NCBI GenBank assembly: GCA_938091905.1
Contig: CALKOM010000108.1
Coordinates: 1 to 64,000 of the forward strand
Origin: an uncultured Verrucomicrobiales bacterium
GTDB taxonomy: Bacteria; Verrucomicrobiota; Verrucomicrobiia; Verrucomicrobiales; DEV007
DNA length: 64,000 bases
Direction: 5' to 3'
The notes beneath the pieces are model-generated. The model ran no database searches, had not been told where the DNA came from, and saw nothing but the letters and a program-made list of their open reading frames with translations. The position numbers and the translations under genes are program-made. This document shows, in pieces, positions 49,457 to 58,916 of the stretch. Position 1 is the first letter of the stretch. Every line of letters begins with the position of its first letter.

Positions 49457-50314
49457 CTAGGTGCAGGCATACGCCTCTTCCCGTGCTCGAAGCACCTCGT
49501 AGACCTCCTGCACCGTCTCATGCAAGGTCGACGTGCCAGCTGTCACGCCAACAGTTTCGACGCCGTGAAACCATTCATCTCGAAGCTCCTCAGCAGTACC
49601 GACACGATAGGCCCTAACGCCGTAAGATTGCGCCGTCTTCACCAGTTGATGAGTGTTGTTACTGTGGCGACCACCTACGGCAATGACGACATCGACCTGC
49701 TGGCAAAGGTCTCTCAAGGCCGACTGGCGATCCTTTGTTGGCTGACACACCGTGTCAATGAACTCGATCTCACTGTTAGGAAAGCGCCCGCGGAGATGAG
49801 CAACTAGCTGAGTAACGAGAGCGGTGGGCTGCGTCGTCTGGGAGACCACACCAAACTTAGCCTGAGGTGAGAGGTTTTCGATCTCAGCCTCACTCAACAC
49901 GACGTCGGCCGCCGGAAAGTCACCGGTTAGGCCCAACACTTCCACATGAGCCGCCTTACCGATGACCACCGGATGATAACCTGCTAGCACTAACTCAGCC
50001 AAAGCATTGTGAGCCTTCTTTACCAGTGGGCAGGTGGTGTCGGTAACCCGAAAGCCCCGCTCTCTCCATGCCGATCGATCACGATCCGCAGCCCCGTGGG
50101 CGGTAATGACAACTTGGGGAGTTTCGGCACTATCAGGGTTGCGCAAATGCCCGTGTCGTACTCCAAGCTGATTCAGTTGTTCAGTAACGACTTCATTGTG
50201 GACGAGTTGTCCAAGAATCGTTGTCGGGCCGCTCGTGGCTGCGGCTTTGGTCGCCTTGAGGGCGTCACGGACGCCAAAGCACATGCCGTAGTGTTTCGCT
50301 AGAATGATGTTCAT
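49457..50314 (-). CDS. ispH: 4-hydroxy-3-methylbut-2-enyl diphosphate reductase
   Basis: Three Fe-S cysteines (GMCFGV, TTCPLV, DTVCQPT), VHN, AHG, HVEV, QTT, SNNT, TAGTST. Confidence 0.95.
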   Translation of the reverse strand: MNIILAKHYGMCFGVRDALKATKAAATSGPTTILGQLVHNEVVTEQLNQLGVRHGHLRNPDSAETPQVVITAHGAADRDRSAWRERGFRVTDTTCPLVKKAHNALAELVLAGYHPVVIGKAAHVEVLGLTGDFPAADVVLSEAEIENLSPQAKFGVVSQTTQPTALVTQLVAHLRGRFPNSEIEFIDTVCQPTKDRQSALRDLCQQVDVVIAVGGRHSNNTHQLVKTAQSYGVRAYRVGTAEELRDEWFHGVETVGVTAGTSTLHETVQEVYEVLRAREEAYACT

Positions 50315-50352
50315 GGTGGGAGGTTGTTGGTATTCGATTGGGGAGCGGGAAT

Positions 50353-50367
50353 CTTTGTGTTACAAAG
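50353..50367. promoter_or_regulatory. Palindromic operator upstream of ispH
   Basis: CTTTGTGTTACAAAG, one mismatch from the core of the 51378-51394 palindrome. Confidence 0.65.
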
Positions 50368-50413
50368 CATTACGTTCTGGAGGGGGGTCTAAGATACTGT
50401 ATTGGCGAGGCTA

Positions 50414-50716
50414 TTAGCCGTTCTTACCTTGCTGCACGATAGCTTCGAGAATGTGCAAGTACTCTTGGAAGGCCTGCTTTCCTTGAGGGGTAATGGCATA
50501 CAACGAACGGCGCTTCACCTCGGTGTCTTTATAGGTGGCGACATAACCCTTCTCCGTGAGCGTCCGCAAATGCGTGATCAGGTTGCCGTCACTCATCTGG
50601 AGATCAGCCTTGAGACCTTGGAAACCCAACTCCACGCGACTGGCGAGAAGGGTCATGATCGACAACCGTCCCTTTTCATGGATGGTCTTGTCGATCTTGG
50701 AGAAATCTATCATCAA
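50414..50716 (-). CDS. Winged-helix transcriptional regulator (HTH_34/MarR-like)
   Basis: IDKTIHEKGRLSIMTLL, LQMSDGNLITHLRTL, YAITPQGKQAF. Confidence 0.9.
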   Translation of the reverse strand: MMIDFSKIDKTIHEKGRLSIMTLLASRVELGFQGLKADLQMSDGNLITHLRTLTEKGYVATYKDTEVKRRSLYAITPQGKQAFQEYLHILEAIVQQGKNG

Positions 50717-50728
50717 CCTAGGAGTCCG

Positions 50729-51370
50729 TTAGGCCTCAAGTGCAGAGTCTCGTTGTTGTGAACGCGTGTAGCCCGCGTAAAGGAGGTGGAAGAGCCCAAA
50801 AGTCATGGCCATGAGAATAGCTGCCATGCGTTGGGGGCTGATAGAAGAAGCGCTCTGCGCACCTCCTGCCCAGTGCACGGCCAACAGAAGGCTTCCAGTG
50901 AGCGTGAACGCCAGCCCTAACACGCGCAAGGAACGGGGACTAAAGCCGCTCGTCGCCATGAGTGCCAACCCATAAAAAGTGATCCAAACCAGGGTCGTCG
51001 CCACCAAGTCGGCTGCTGGCCCATAAGCCAATGCCAATCCCAACACACCACCGACGAACATCGGTGGTAATAATGCCTTCAGGGCCATTCTCAGTCCGGA
51101 TGAGAGATAGGGCTCACCTTCCGTCTGGGCCGTTCTCCAGATCAAGCCGTGATGAATGGCGTTCACCAAGACGGCGATGCCTAACCAAATCGCGACCGTC
51201 GTTGCCGTATCGAACTGCTCACCAAGAAAGTAGAACGCAGCAGAAGCGACGAGCGCCAGCAGGCCACCAATGATTGCCGTGGGCACACTGACCGCTCGAT
51301 AGACGGTCGCCTTCTCCATGAGCCCTCGAATCACCTTGAGGTGCTCGAGAGCTTTATCGGAATCGTTCAT
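50729..51370 (-). CDS. Multi-pass membrane protein (about 6 TM)
   Basis: ALEHLKVIRGLMEKA N-terminus, repeated hydrophobic helices, FYGLAL, TFGLFHLLY. Confidence 0.85.
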   Translation of the reverse strand: MNDSDKALEHLKVIRGLMEKATVYRAVSVPTAIIGGLLALVASAAFYFLGEQFDTATTVAIWLGIAVLVNAIHHGLIWRTAQTEGEPYLSSGLRMALKALLPPMFVGGVLGLALAYGPAADLVATTLVWITFYGLALMATSGFSPRSLRVLGLAFTLTGSLLLAVHWAGGAQSASSISPQRMAAILMAMTFGLFHLLYAGYTRSQQRDSALEA

Positions 51371-51377
51371 ACACCAT

Positions 51378-51394
51378 ACTTTGTATTACAAAGT
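51378..51394. promoter_or_regulatory. Palindromic operator upstream of the membrane protein-wHTH operon
   Basis: ACTTTGTA-T-TACAAAGT, perfect 8-bp arms, 7 bp upstream of ATG 51370. Confidence 0.75.
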
Positions 51395-51472
51395 TACTGG
51401 GTCAAGCAGGAAATAGTCGGGATATCGATCGTGAGACGCCCTCACTTCAGGACAGACCGGCAACCTCAGAGA

Positions 51473-52906
51473 CTAGAGCGTCCTCAGCGATTCAAGGCAA
51501 TCAGCCACCGATCGCACAGCGCGCTCCACATCAGAATCATTCGTCTGCCAATTGCAGACCGAAACACGCATGCACCGGTGCCCTCGCCACGTGGTGGTTT
51601 GAAAGAACGCCTCGCCAGCCTTCCGAACAGCGGCAGCAACCTCTTCCGTATGCTGATCATGGTCAGAATCAGTGGCACCCGGCTTCGGTGAACGAAAGCG
51701 CACCAACCCTTGATTGATGCTCGGCTCCCACAGAATCTCAGCGCCGGAAAGCACACCGATCTGATTCACCAAGCTCCTAGCATGCCCACATGTACGTTCT
51801 ATCAAATCGGCGATACCATTCTTCCCCATCTGGCGGATCGCAGCATAGGTCGCAAACCCTCTGCCTCGCCGTGAATATTCTGGGTTCCAATCAATCTGAT
51901 CGCGCGCCTCCTGTGAGTGGGTAAGGTAACTCGCACGATGCGACATGGTGCGATAATGGGCTTCCGAATCGGCGACAAACGCATAGCCGCAATCAAAGGG
52001 CACATTGAGCCACTTGTGCCCATCCGTAGCCCAGGAATCCGCCTGTTCGACGCCTTTGACCAAATGATGTAGCTTTGGACTCGCACCAGCCCACAACCCA
52101 AAGGCGCCATCCACATGCACCCAGGCTTCCTGCGAATGCGCTAGAGGAATGAGCGTTGCGAAGGGATCATAGGCACCGGTGTTGATGTCACCAGCCTGAA
52201 GAAGAACGATCGTCGCGGTGTCGGAATCACTCTCAAGAGCCGCACGCAACGTCTCCACTCCAAGCCTGCCATCATCATCGACTGGCAAGTTCACCATCAC
52301 CGCCGTTCCGAGCCCTAGCAAGCGCACCGCACGATCAACCGAACCGTGTCGGTCACCGTTGCAAAGAATACGCAAGGCCGGTGCCCCATTTAGCCCATCG
52401 CGCTCTACATCCCAGCCACGCTTGGCGAGCAACGCATTCCGCGCGGCGGCCAAGCAGGTCACATGGGCCATCTGACAACCTGTCACCAAAGCGAAGCTCA
52501 CTGACACAGGCAATCCTAACAACTCGAGCAACCATCGGCCACAGACCTCCTCCACCACGGTTTCCGCTGGAGCCACCGAATACATTCCAGAGTTCTGATC
52601 CCATGTCGAGGTGAGCCAATCAGCAGCGACTGACGCTGGTACGGCTCCACCGATGACCCAGGCAAAGAACCGTCCACTTGCATTACCTAACAAGCCACCT
52701 TCAACATCGGCCACCAGATCATCGATCACGCTAACGGCATCCAGCCCGATTTCAGGCAAGGGGCGGCCGATGGAATTGCGAAGCTCATTCAGCGAAGCAC
52801 GAGCAGCGATCTTGCGAGTTGGCAGCGAATCCAAATAACCGAGGGCATGGTCAAGGGTCCGCCGGAGCACCTCGCTGTGCTGAGATTGGGTTTCCAGGCG
52901 ACTCAT
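51473..52906 (-). CDS. Group II PLP-dependent decarboxylase (aromatic-L-amino-acid/glutamate decarboxylase family)
   Basis: RFFAWVIGG, WVHVDGAFG, DSWATDGHKWLNVPFDCG (PLP lysine), PEYSRRGRG. Confidence 0.92.
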   Translation of the reverse strand: MSRLETQSQHSEVLRRTLDHALGYLDSLPTRKIAARASLNELRNSIGRPLPEIGLDAVSVIDDLVADVEGGLLGNASGRFFAWVIGGAVPASVAADWLTSTWDQNSGMYSVAPAETVVEEVCGRWLLELLGLPVSVSFALVTGCQMAHVTCLAAARNALLAKRGWDVERDGLNGAPALRILCNGDRHGSVDRAVRLLGLGTAVMVNLPVDDDGRLGVETLRAALESDSDTATIVLLQAGDINTGAYDPFATLIPLAHSQEAWVHVDGAFGLWAGASPKLHHLVKGVEQADSWATDGHKWLNVPFDCGYAFVADSEAHYRTMSHRASYLTHSQEARDQIDWNPEYSRRGRGFATYAAIRQMGKNGIADLIERTCGHARSLVNQIGVLSGAEILWEPSINQGLVRFRSPKPGATDSDHDQHTEEVAAAVRKAGEAFFQTTTWRGHRCMRVSVCNWQTNDSDVERAVRSVADCLESLRTL

Positions 52907-53029
52907 GGGAATAACTTCCCCAAGGAACCTCCGGCAGCCACCCGATTCTTGCAGACTTCCATCGATGCACGAAGACGAGATGACGTCACTGCAACCAAGA
53001 GAAGCCCAGTTGGTTCAATCCGGGTGAAG

Positions 53030-56023
53030 ATGACCCGCCGAATTCTTGCACTATGGATCGTACTCTTCGTGGTCTCCAGCCAAGGAAACGACTGGTCCGG
53101 CTACAAAGAATTTGTCTCTGAGATTTATCCCATGCTCACTCAGGAGCAACCGATGGCTGAAAGCTGCGTGGCCTGTCATGACTCCGACGGGACGTCGGAT
53201 CTCGTCTTCTTTGGACAACCCAAGGAAGATTTCGCCATGCTCCGTCAAACGGGCTATTTGAAAACGGAAGGTCCAGACACCTTGCTCGGGCGAATCACTT
53301 CAACGAATCCGAAACGACGGATGCCGAAAGGTAAGCATGCTCAATCGTGGGATGACGATGACATCAAGGTGCTCTCTACTTTCCTGACCACCCTCAACGC
53401 CTCCAATCAAATTCAAGAGGTTGCAGCAGACGAACGCTTTCCCGATGCTCTGCTAGAGCCGTATGTGGGACAAGCCCACGCCAGGCGAGACAGCCAGTTC
53501 CTCACCTACCACCAATTGCGCGGCAAAGTGGAAACAATCTTCAGCGATACGTGGGTTCGTGATGGGAAGGATCGCTTCGAGGAGAACGTCGCCCTCTTCG
53601 GCGGTGCCGATTTCAAATCCCGCTTTAACGAATCTAGTCAGCCGTCGTCAAGTTTCCTCACGGCTCTTGATCTCATGGCCCGTGAAGTGAACGCCCGCGC
53701 CTACACAACACGAACGGGACCCTTTGCTGATCATCCAATCGATCTGCCTGTTCTTTCAGAATCGGCCATGGTGCGTCGTAAATACCGGGAGGAGATGACA
53801 AGACTCTATCAAGAGATTCTCTTTCGAGCGCCAACTGATGACGAGATCGCCGATACCTTCACCCTGTTCAAGAGTATCCAACTCGAACAAAGTACCATTG
53901 CGAAGCGGGATTATGATTTGGTTTTTCAATTGAAGGTTTCTGACCCGACGACAGCGCTGGACAAGGTGGAAACCGTCCGTATTCCCGTGCAGGGAAATTC
54001 CTCTGCGGGCTACTACCAGGCCCTGCTGGATCAGACGGGTGGTAAAGCATTTGATGACCGTGGGCGTCTTGGTGAGAGGCTTGACGTGCCCTTCCGAATC
54101 CAGGAAGCCCAACTGATCATACAAAGCCCTGAGTCGATTGATGAAATCTCCTTTGCCGGTGTGGTTCTAACCCATTGTGAGACGGGGAAACAAACCGTCA
54201 TCGATGCCAACTCTCCGCAGGTGAAGGCCCTGGGAGCCTGGGAATTGGCAGACAAAGGCGGCTCTGCTAGTCTTGAAGATGAGGGCGAAGGTTCCATTAT
54301 CGTCTCGCTCTCTGCCGACAATGCGGAATACTGGATCAATGTGCTTTGGCGAAAGGGTCATGGGAGATCAAAGAATGTCTTCGTTGAAGTGCTAGGCGCA
54401 GGACATGCAAACCACGCGATTCAATCAGCGCCCGCTGTTCCTCCCGAAGGTCAGGCGGATTTCTATTACAACTGCAGCGATGACACGCGTCCGTTTTTCT
54501 CACCTGACGCTGCCTTCTTCTTCCATCCTCACGACTACGTCGAGATCACGAACGCAGGCACAAACGATCTCGTGACCATTGGTGCCCTGACCTTTGTCAG
54601 TCCCTCGGATCGTTTTACCATCAATAGCCGCGAAGCCGCCGGAAATGAACTCTGGGGAGATTTCAAATCCAAGAGCTTTGGCGCCTACAACCAGAAAGGG
54701 AACACCCTATCAGACGAGGGGAAGACCAAGGGAGAACTCTTCTTACAATACCATCCTGGCGCTCACACTAGCGAACACGAAAACTGCACGATTCAGATTT
54801 CTTACGCTGGCAAACGTGGACAGGAAGCCCGCGTCCCTGTCTCCGTGCATGCCTACCAGTCGTCACCCATCACGCAGCTCGTCTTCCCGGCTCAGGGCCA
54901 TGCTGGGGGGCAGGTCACGCTGGATGCCTCCGCCAGTTACACCACCCATCGAGCCACTCTGGATTACGAATGGACCCAACTTGAGGGCCCCCCCGTTTCC
55001 TATTCCCCTTCCGACGCTCGCCTCGCCTTCGCTCTTCCGCAAATGAACGCCAAGCAGTCGATGTGGCAGGCACTCGGGCGAGCCCTGATGCGTCATCCCG
55101 ATTTCCTCTTCACCCGTCCTCCTGCTGTAGCCACGGCGAGCGATGCGCATGAAAAGCAACGATTGCTGCTCGTCAAATTGGCCTTGGATCTTGTCGGCCG
55201 CTCGCCATCTAACGAAGAACTGGCCTTGTTAGACTCTGGCGAGGACTTGGAATCGATGGTCGATCACTACCTGGCTTCACGCGAGTTCGAAAAGTTTTAC
55301 TACCATCGCATTCGTCTCTATCTCGAGAGTCAAGGAACCAAGCTTCAGGACGAACCGGCCCGTCTCTGGTCCTACATTGCGCTCAATGACAGGCCATTCC
55401 AAGAAATCCTCACCGCCGACTACACCGTCAATGTGGCCTTCGAGAAATCAGATCGCCCAAAACATCACGGCCGCACGGGCGTGCTCACCACTCCGGGCTT
55501 CATCGATGGAAAACCTGGATTGCCACACTACAATTACGCTGCACAGGTCAGCATGCTCTTCCTCGGCTACGTCTACGAGGTCCCGCCCGAGATTGTTGAG
55601 CAACGTGAAGGTACGACAGCAGAAGGCACCACCGATCCGCAATCCACCTGTTACAGTTGTCACAAGATTCTGACACCACTAGCACATCAACGCAATTACT
55701 GGACAGACATGGGCAAGTTCCGCAAGAAGGATGACAACGGAAACGTCATCGATGCGAGCGATCATGACTTGGTCAGCGAGTATCCGTTTAAAGGCTCCGG
55801 AATGCAGGCCTTCGCCACCCAGGCCGTGAAGAAAGAGCGCTTCATTCGCACCATCATCGACACCCACTTCACCTTCTACTTCGGACGGCAAATGCGCTAC
55901 CGTCAGGATGAACGCGCGCTCTACAAGGCCGTGTGGGATGCCGTCCATGCCGATGACTTTAAGATTCGCACCCTCATACGTGCCTTGGTAACCTCACCCG
56001 AATACCTGGAAGTCCATGAGTAG
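53030..56023 (+). CDS. Large secreted protein with two CxxCH haem-binding motifs (PVC PSD/DUF1549-1553-like) and internal beta-sandwich/PKD-like modules
   Basis: Signal MTRRILALWIVLFVVSSQG; CVACH and CYSCH; LDLVGRSPS, DRPFQEILTADY, GVLTTPGF, LVTSPEY; VTLDASASY...YEWTQLEGP. Confidence 0.8.
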   Translation: MTRRILALWIVLFVVSSQGNDWSGYKEFVSEIYPMLTQEQPMAESCVACHDSDGTSDLVFFGQPKEDFAMLRQTGYLKTEGPDTLLGRITSTNPKRRMPKGKHAQSWDDDDIKVLSTFLTTLNASNQIQEVAADERFPDALLEPYVGQAHARRDSQFLTYHQLRGKVETIFSDTWVRDGKDRFEENVALFGGADFKSRFNESSQPSSSFLTALDLMAREVNARAYTTRTGPFADHPIDLPVLSESAMVRRKYREEMTRLYQEILFRAPTDDEIADTFTLFKSIQLEQSTIAKRDYDLVFQLKVSDPTTALDKVETVRIPVQGNSSAGYYQALLDQTGGKAFDDRGRLGERLDVPFRIQEAQLIIQSPESIDEISFAGVVLTHCETGKQTVIDANSPQVKALGAWELADKGGSASLEDEGEGSIIVSLSADNAEYWINVLWRKGHGRSKNVFVEVLGAGHANHAIQSAPAVPPEGQADFYYNCSDDTRPFFSPDAAFFFHPHDYVEITNAGTNDLVTIGALTFVSPSDRFTINSREAAGNELWGDFKSKSFGAYNQKGNTLSDEGKTKGELFLQYHPGAHTSEHENCTIQISYAGKRGQEARVPVSVHAYQSSPITQLVFPAQGHAGGQVTLDASASYTTHRATLDYEWTQLEGPPVSYSPSDARLAFALPQMNAKQSMWQALGRALMRHPDFLFTRPPAVATASDAHEKQRLLLVKLALDLVGRSPSNEELALLDSGEDLESMVDHYLASREFEKFYYHRIRLYLESQGTKLQDEPARLWSYIALNDRPFQEILTADYTVNVAFEKSDRPKHHGRTGVLTTPGFIDGKPGLPHYNYAAQVSMLFLGYVYEVPPEIVEQREGTTAEGTTDPQSTCYSCHKILTPLAHQRNYWTDMGKFRKKDDNGNVIDASDHDLVSEYPFKGSGMQAFATQAVKKERFIRTIIDTHFTFYFGRQMRYRQDERALYKAVWDAVHADDFKIRTLIRALVTSPEYLEVHE

Positions 56024-57731
56024 CCCCTGCCAGATTGATTCCTCCATCCGCGCTGTCCAAGACGCACCGACTCTTCGTGGCTCCACGCGTCGGCAATTCA
56101 TGCGACGGCTCGCCGGAGGCGCCGCCGCCCTCACCTGCGTCGATTTCCTCAATCATTTCAAGGCCTACGGGCTTCCTAACGAAACCGCCACAGACGATCT
56201 CGCCGCCGGTGCCGTGAAGTCGAACCAGAACCCCCACTTCCTCGTCTATTGGTACCTGGAAGGTGGTTGGTGCGGCTATGACATGTTCAACCCCGTCATG
56301 ACCGGAAACAACGTTACCGAACGCTTGGAAGACATCAGCGCAGAACGGTACCGCGTTCTTAAATGGGGCGAAGAAGGCTACGGCATCTATCAAAAAGGCA
56401 ACATCCGCTACGGCTACCTCGCGGAACCAGGCAAAGACTTATTAGGCGACATGGCCGTGCTCAGTTCCATGCAAACCGGTTCGGGTCATTCCCGTGACCG
56501 GCTTAAAGTGCACATGGGATCTTACAACTATCGCCAGTCCGAAGAACGCGAAGAAGACGAACGCTCAGTCATGCAAGCCTTCGCCGAAGTGTATGGGCAA
56601 TCTTACGCGCTTCCCAGTCTCTCGTGGCACCGGTGGCTCTCCGATGGCGAACTGAACGAAGTGCAGTACACCGGTCGCCGAGGCTATTATCATGCCCTTG
56701 GCCCCGTCCATGCGCATACCATCTATGCAGGCACGCCAAACAAGCTGAAGAAGCTACTCTTACAAATGCACGCCGATTCCAGCGACTCCGTCGCCAGGAA
56801 GATCGACTCATTTCTCGACAACGCCCACCGCGATTTCCTCAAGGACGAAAACTTGGAAGCCGTGCGTAGCTACCACTCCGCCCGCCAGATCTACAAGCAA
56901 TTGGTCGCCAGCGGCGGCTCCATGGACAAACAGCAGCTAGACGGCCTCTTTGCCGATCCTGCCCTTCGCGAAGAATTCTCCGTCAAACCTGAGGACGAGC
57001 TCATCACCTACCGCAGTGTCAATGGCAACAAGGCTCGCAGTAAGTTTTCCCCTAACAACAACGTCCAAGCCATGATGTCCTACGAGATGATGCGAGCAGG
57101 TCTGTCTTGCGCCTTCTTCATCGAATCTCGAGACGTCCGTCGCTTTGACTCCCACTTCTCCAGAAAGAAGCTCTGGAAAAACGACGGCACGCCCATCGGC
57201 ATGCCTGATCAGACAAAGATGATCCAGCAAGACCTCTGGAACCCCCTAAAACCCTTCGTCGCCCGCCTCAAGAACACCGAGTACGCAGGTTCTGGCAAGA
57301 GCCTCTACGACTACACCAACATTGTCCTCACCTCAGAATTTGGCCGCTCCATCCATGGCGATGTGGGAGGCATTCTCAAGAAAGACATCTCGGAGAAGAT
57401 GAAAGAAACCAAGATCGGCGGTCAAGACATCTGCGCCCACTGGCAAGTCACTTCCTGCGCCTTCATGGGTGGCAACGTCCAAGGCAATCGCCAGTACGGC
57501 GCGGTCGGCGAGAAGACCCTCCACGCCGTCCCCCTCATGCCCGACGGCTCGCTCGATCCCAACTTCGATCCCGTCTCCGGCGAACTCTTACCGAACAAGA
57601 AAAAACATCCCAAGTCGTCGGTTCCAAACCACGGAAGCGTCTACGCCACGGCACTACATCTATCCGGCATCGACCCGAAAGATAAAGGCCGTAACGAACG
57701 CGCTCCGCTTGGCTATATCGCTAGAGTCTGA
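56016..57731 (+). CDS. Tat-exported DUF1501-family protein
   Basis: Twin-arginine TRRQFMRRLAGG; YLEGGW, FDSH, VLTSEFGR, FMGGNVQG; overlaps the upstream gene by 8 bp. Confidence 0.85.
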   Translation: MSSPCQIDSSIRAVQDAPTLRGSTRRQFMRRLAGGAAALTCVDFLNHFKAYGLPNETATDDLAAGAVKSNQNPHFLVYWYLEGGWCGYDMFNPVMTGNNVTERLEDISAERYRVLKWGEEGYGIYQKGNIRYGYLAEPGKDLLGDMAVLSSMQTGSGHSRDRLKVHMGSYNYRQSEEREEDERSVMQAFAEVYGQSYALPSLSWHRWLSDGELNEVQYTGRRGYYHALGPVHAHTIYAGTPNKLKKLLLQMHADSSDSVARKIDSFLDNAHRDFLKDENLEAVRSYHSARQIYKQLVASGGSMDKQQLDGLFADPALREEFSVKPEDELITYRSVNGNKARSKFSPNNNVQAMMSYEMMRAGLSCAFFIESRDVRRFDSHFSRKKLWKNDGTPIGMPDQTKMIQQDLWNPLKPFVARLKNTEYAGSGKSLYDYTNIVLTSEFGRSIHGDVGGILKKDISEKMKETKIGGQDICAHWQVTSCAFMGGNVQGNRQYGAVGEKTLHAVPLMPDGSLDPNFDPVSGELLPNKKKHPKSSVPNHGSVYATALHLSGIDPKDKGRNERAPLGYIARV

Positions 57732-57804
57732 CAGATCGCCCCACGCAACAATGCGTCAGCTCGTCGACCGTTGGCATTTTAACGACCATTTCTTCAGACA
57801 ACAA

Positions 57805-58388
57805 TCAACGCAGCTTTTCGCTGTCTTCCTTCGTGACGTCCTCAACTGATAATCTGCATTCTAAGATGTCCCCAACACCGTCTACTTCATCGATATGAGA
57901 ACCAATGCGCACGAATGCCAGTTGGGAAGCCAGAGCTTGAGAGGGATGGTTGTCCGGGCGAATCGTCATGGCAAAACGTGTCACCCCGCGCGCCAGCAGT
58001 GCCCAGTGCATTAAAGCCACCGCAGCTTCCTGGGCAGATCCCTGACGACGAAAGGAGGGCAACACGACCAAACCGATCTCCACGCCGCCGGGAACATACG
58101 GCTGGAGATACTCTGCGTTCGGCGCGGTATGGAATCCAATGTAGCCAACCATCACACCGGTCGCTTGCAGCGACTTCCCGCAAGCAACCACGGCTGGAGT
58201 ACTCGCTCCGCCTCGAGCGCATTGAGTCGCAGGGAGAACACTTTTGTAGCCTTACCGGGCCAGCCCGTTGGTAAAGAAAGACCCAACTCACGTTCGGCCT
58301 CAGAAAGCTTGCCTTCCAAGGACGCACGTAGGAATGCCGGCGTCATTAGAATCAGATCAAAGCGTCCGGTAGGGATGGATCCTATCAT
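57805..58388 (-). pseudogene. RimJ/RimL-type GNAT acetyltransferase split by a frameshift
   Basis: N-part IPTGRFDLILM (58152-58388) and C-part MVGYIGFH..VEIG..FRRQG..TIRPDNHPSQAL (57805-58191) are in different frames. Confidence 0.75.
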
Positions 58389-58434
58389 GACTTGGCCGCC
58401 GCCAATACTTACATTACAATAGATAGGCGCTTTG

Positions 58435-58720
58435 CTAACGGCGATCCTGTTTACCGATCAACCAGGAACCACCATATGCCATCCCCTTGGCATCAAAACC
58501 AGAATTCACCTGGTCGGCCAAGTGAGCCATTCTTGGATCGGCCGCAACCTGTTCGTTCGCCTAATAGCACGATTCACGGGTATCAAACACCACCCATCCA
58601 AACACGATGCAGTCGTTGCTCTTACTCGTTCAGGTGATTGCTCAGGACAGGAAGCACGAAACCGGCTACGTAGTAACATAGGTCTGCTCCGTTTGAGTCA
58701 GCTGCTGTTCGTGTTTTCAT
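58435..58720 (-). pseudogene. DUF1428-family remnant
   Basis: Minus-strand fragments YYVAGFVLPV, IVFGWVVFDTRES and ANEQVAADPRMAHLADQVNSGFDAKGMAYGG, with stops and a frameshift; absent from the ORF track. Confidence 0.7.
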
Positions 58721-58916
58721 GTGTGGATAACGTCAAGGCTCACGAACTCCTGACTAATGGGCAAACTAAAGTTCTCAGCGATTTTAGTATCCTCGTCCCG
58801 AGTTGGAGAGTCCCCAGGATCGTCTTGTTGTAATCAAAGGTGCTTCACAACGCTTTTCTTGGGTTTACACTAAAAAGGGCGCCATTCTAGAAAAAATGCT
58901 GAATTGTTCGCTCAAT

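Noticed and set aside
51473..57731. Decarboxylase plus cytochrome/DUF1501 pair as one biosynthetic cluster
   Set aside because: They are divergently transcribed, with no tailoring, carrier or transport genes to link them.
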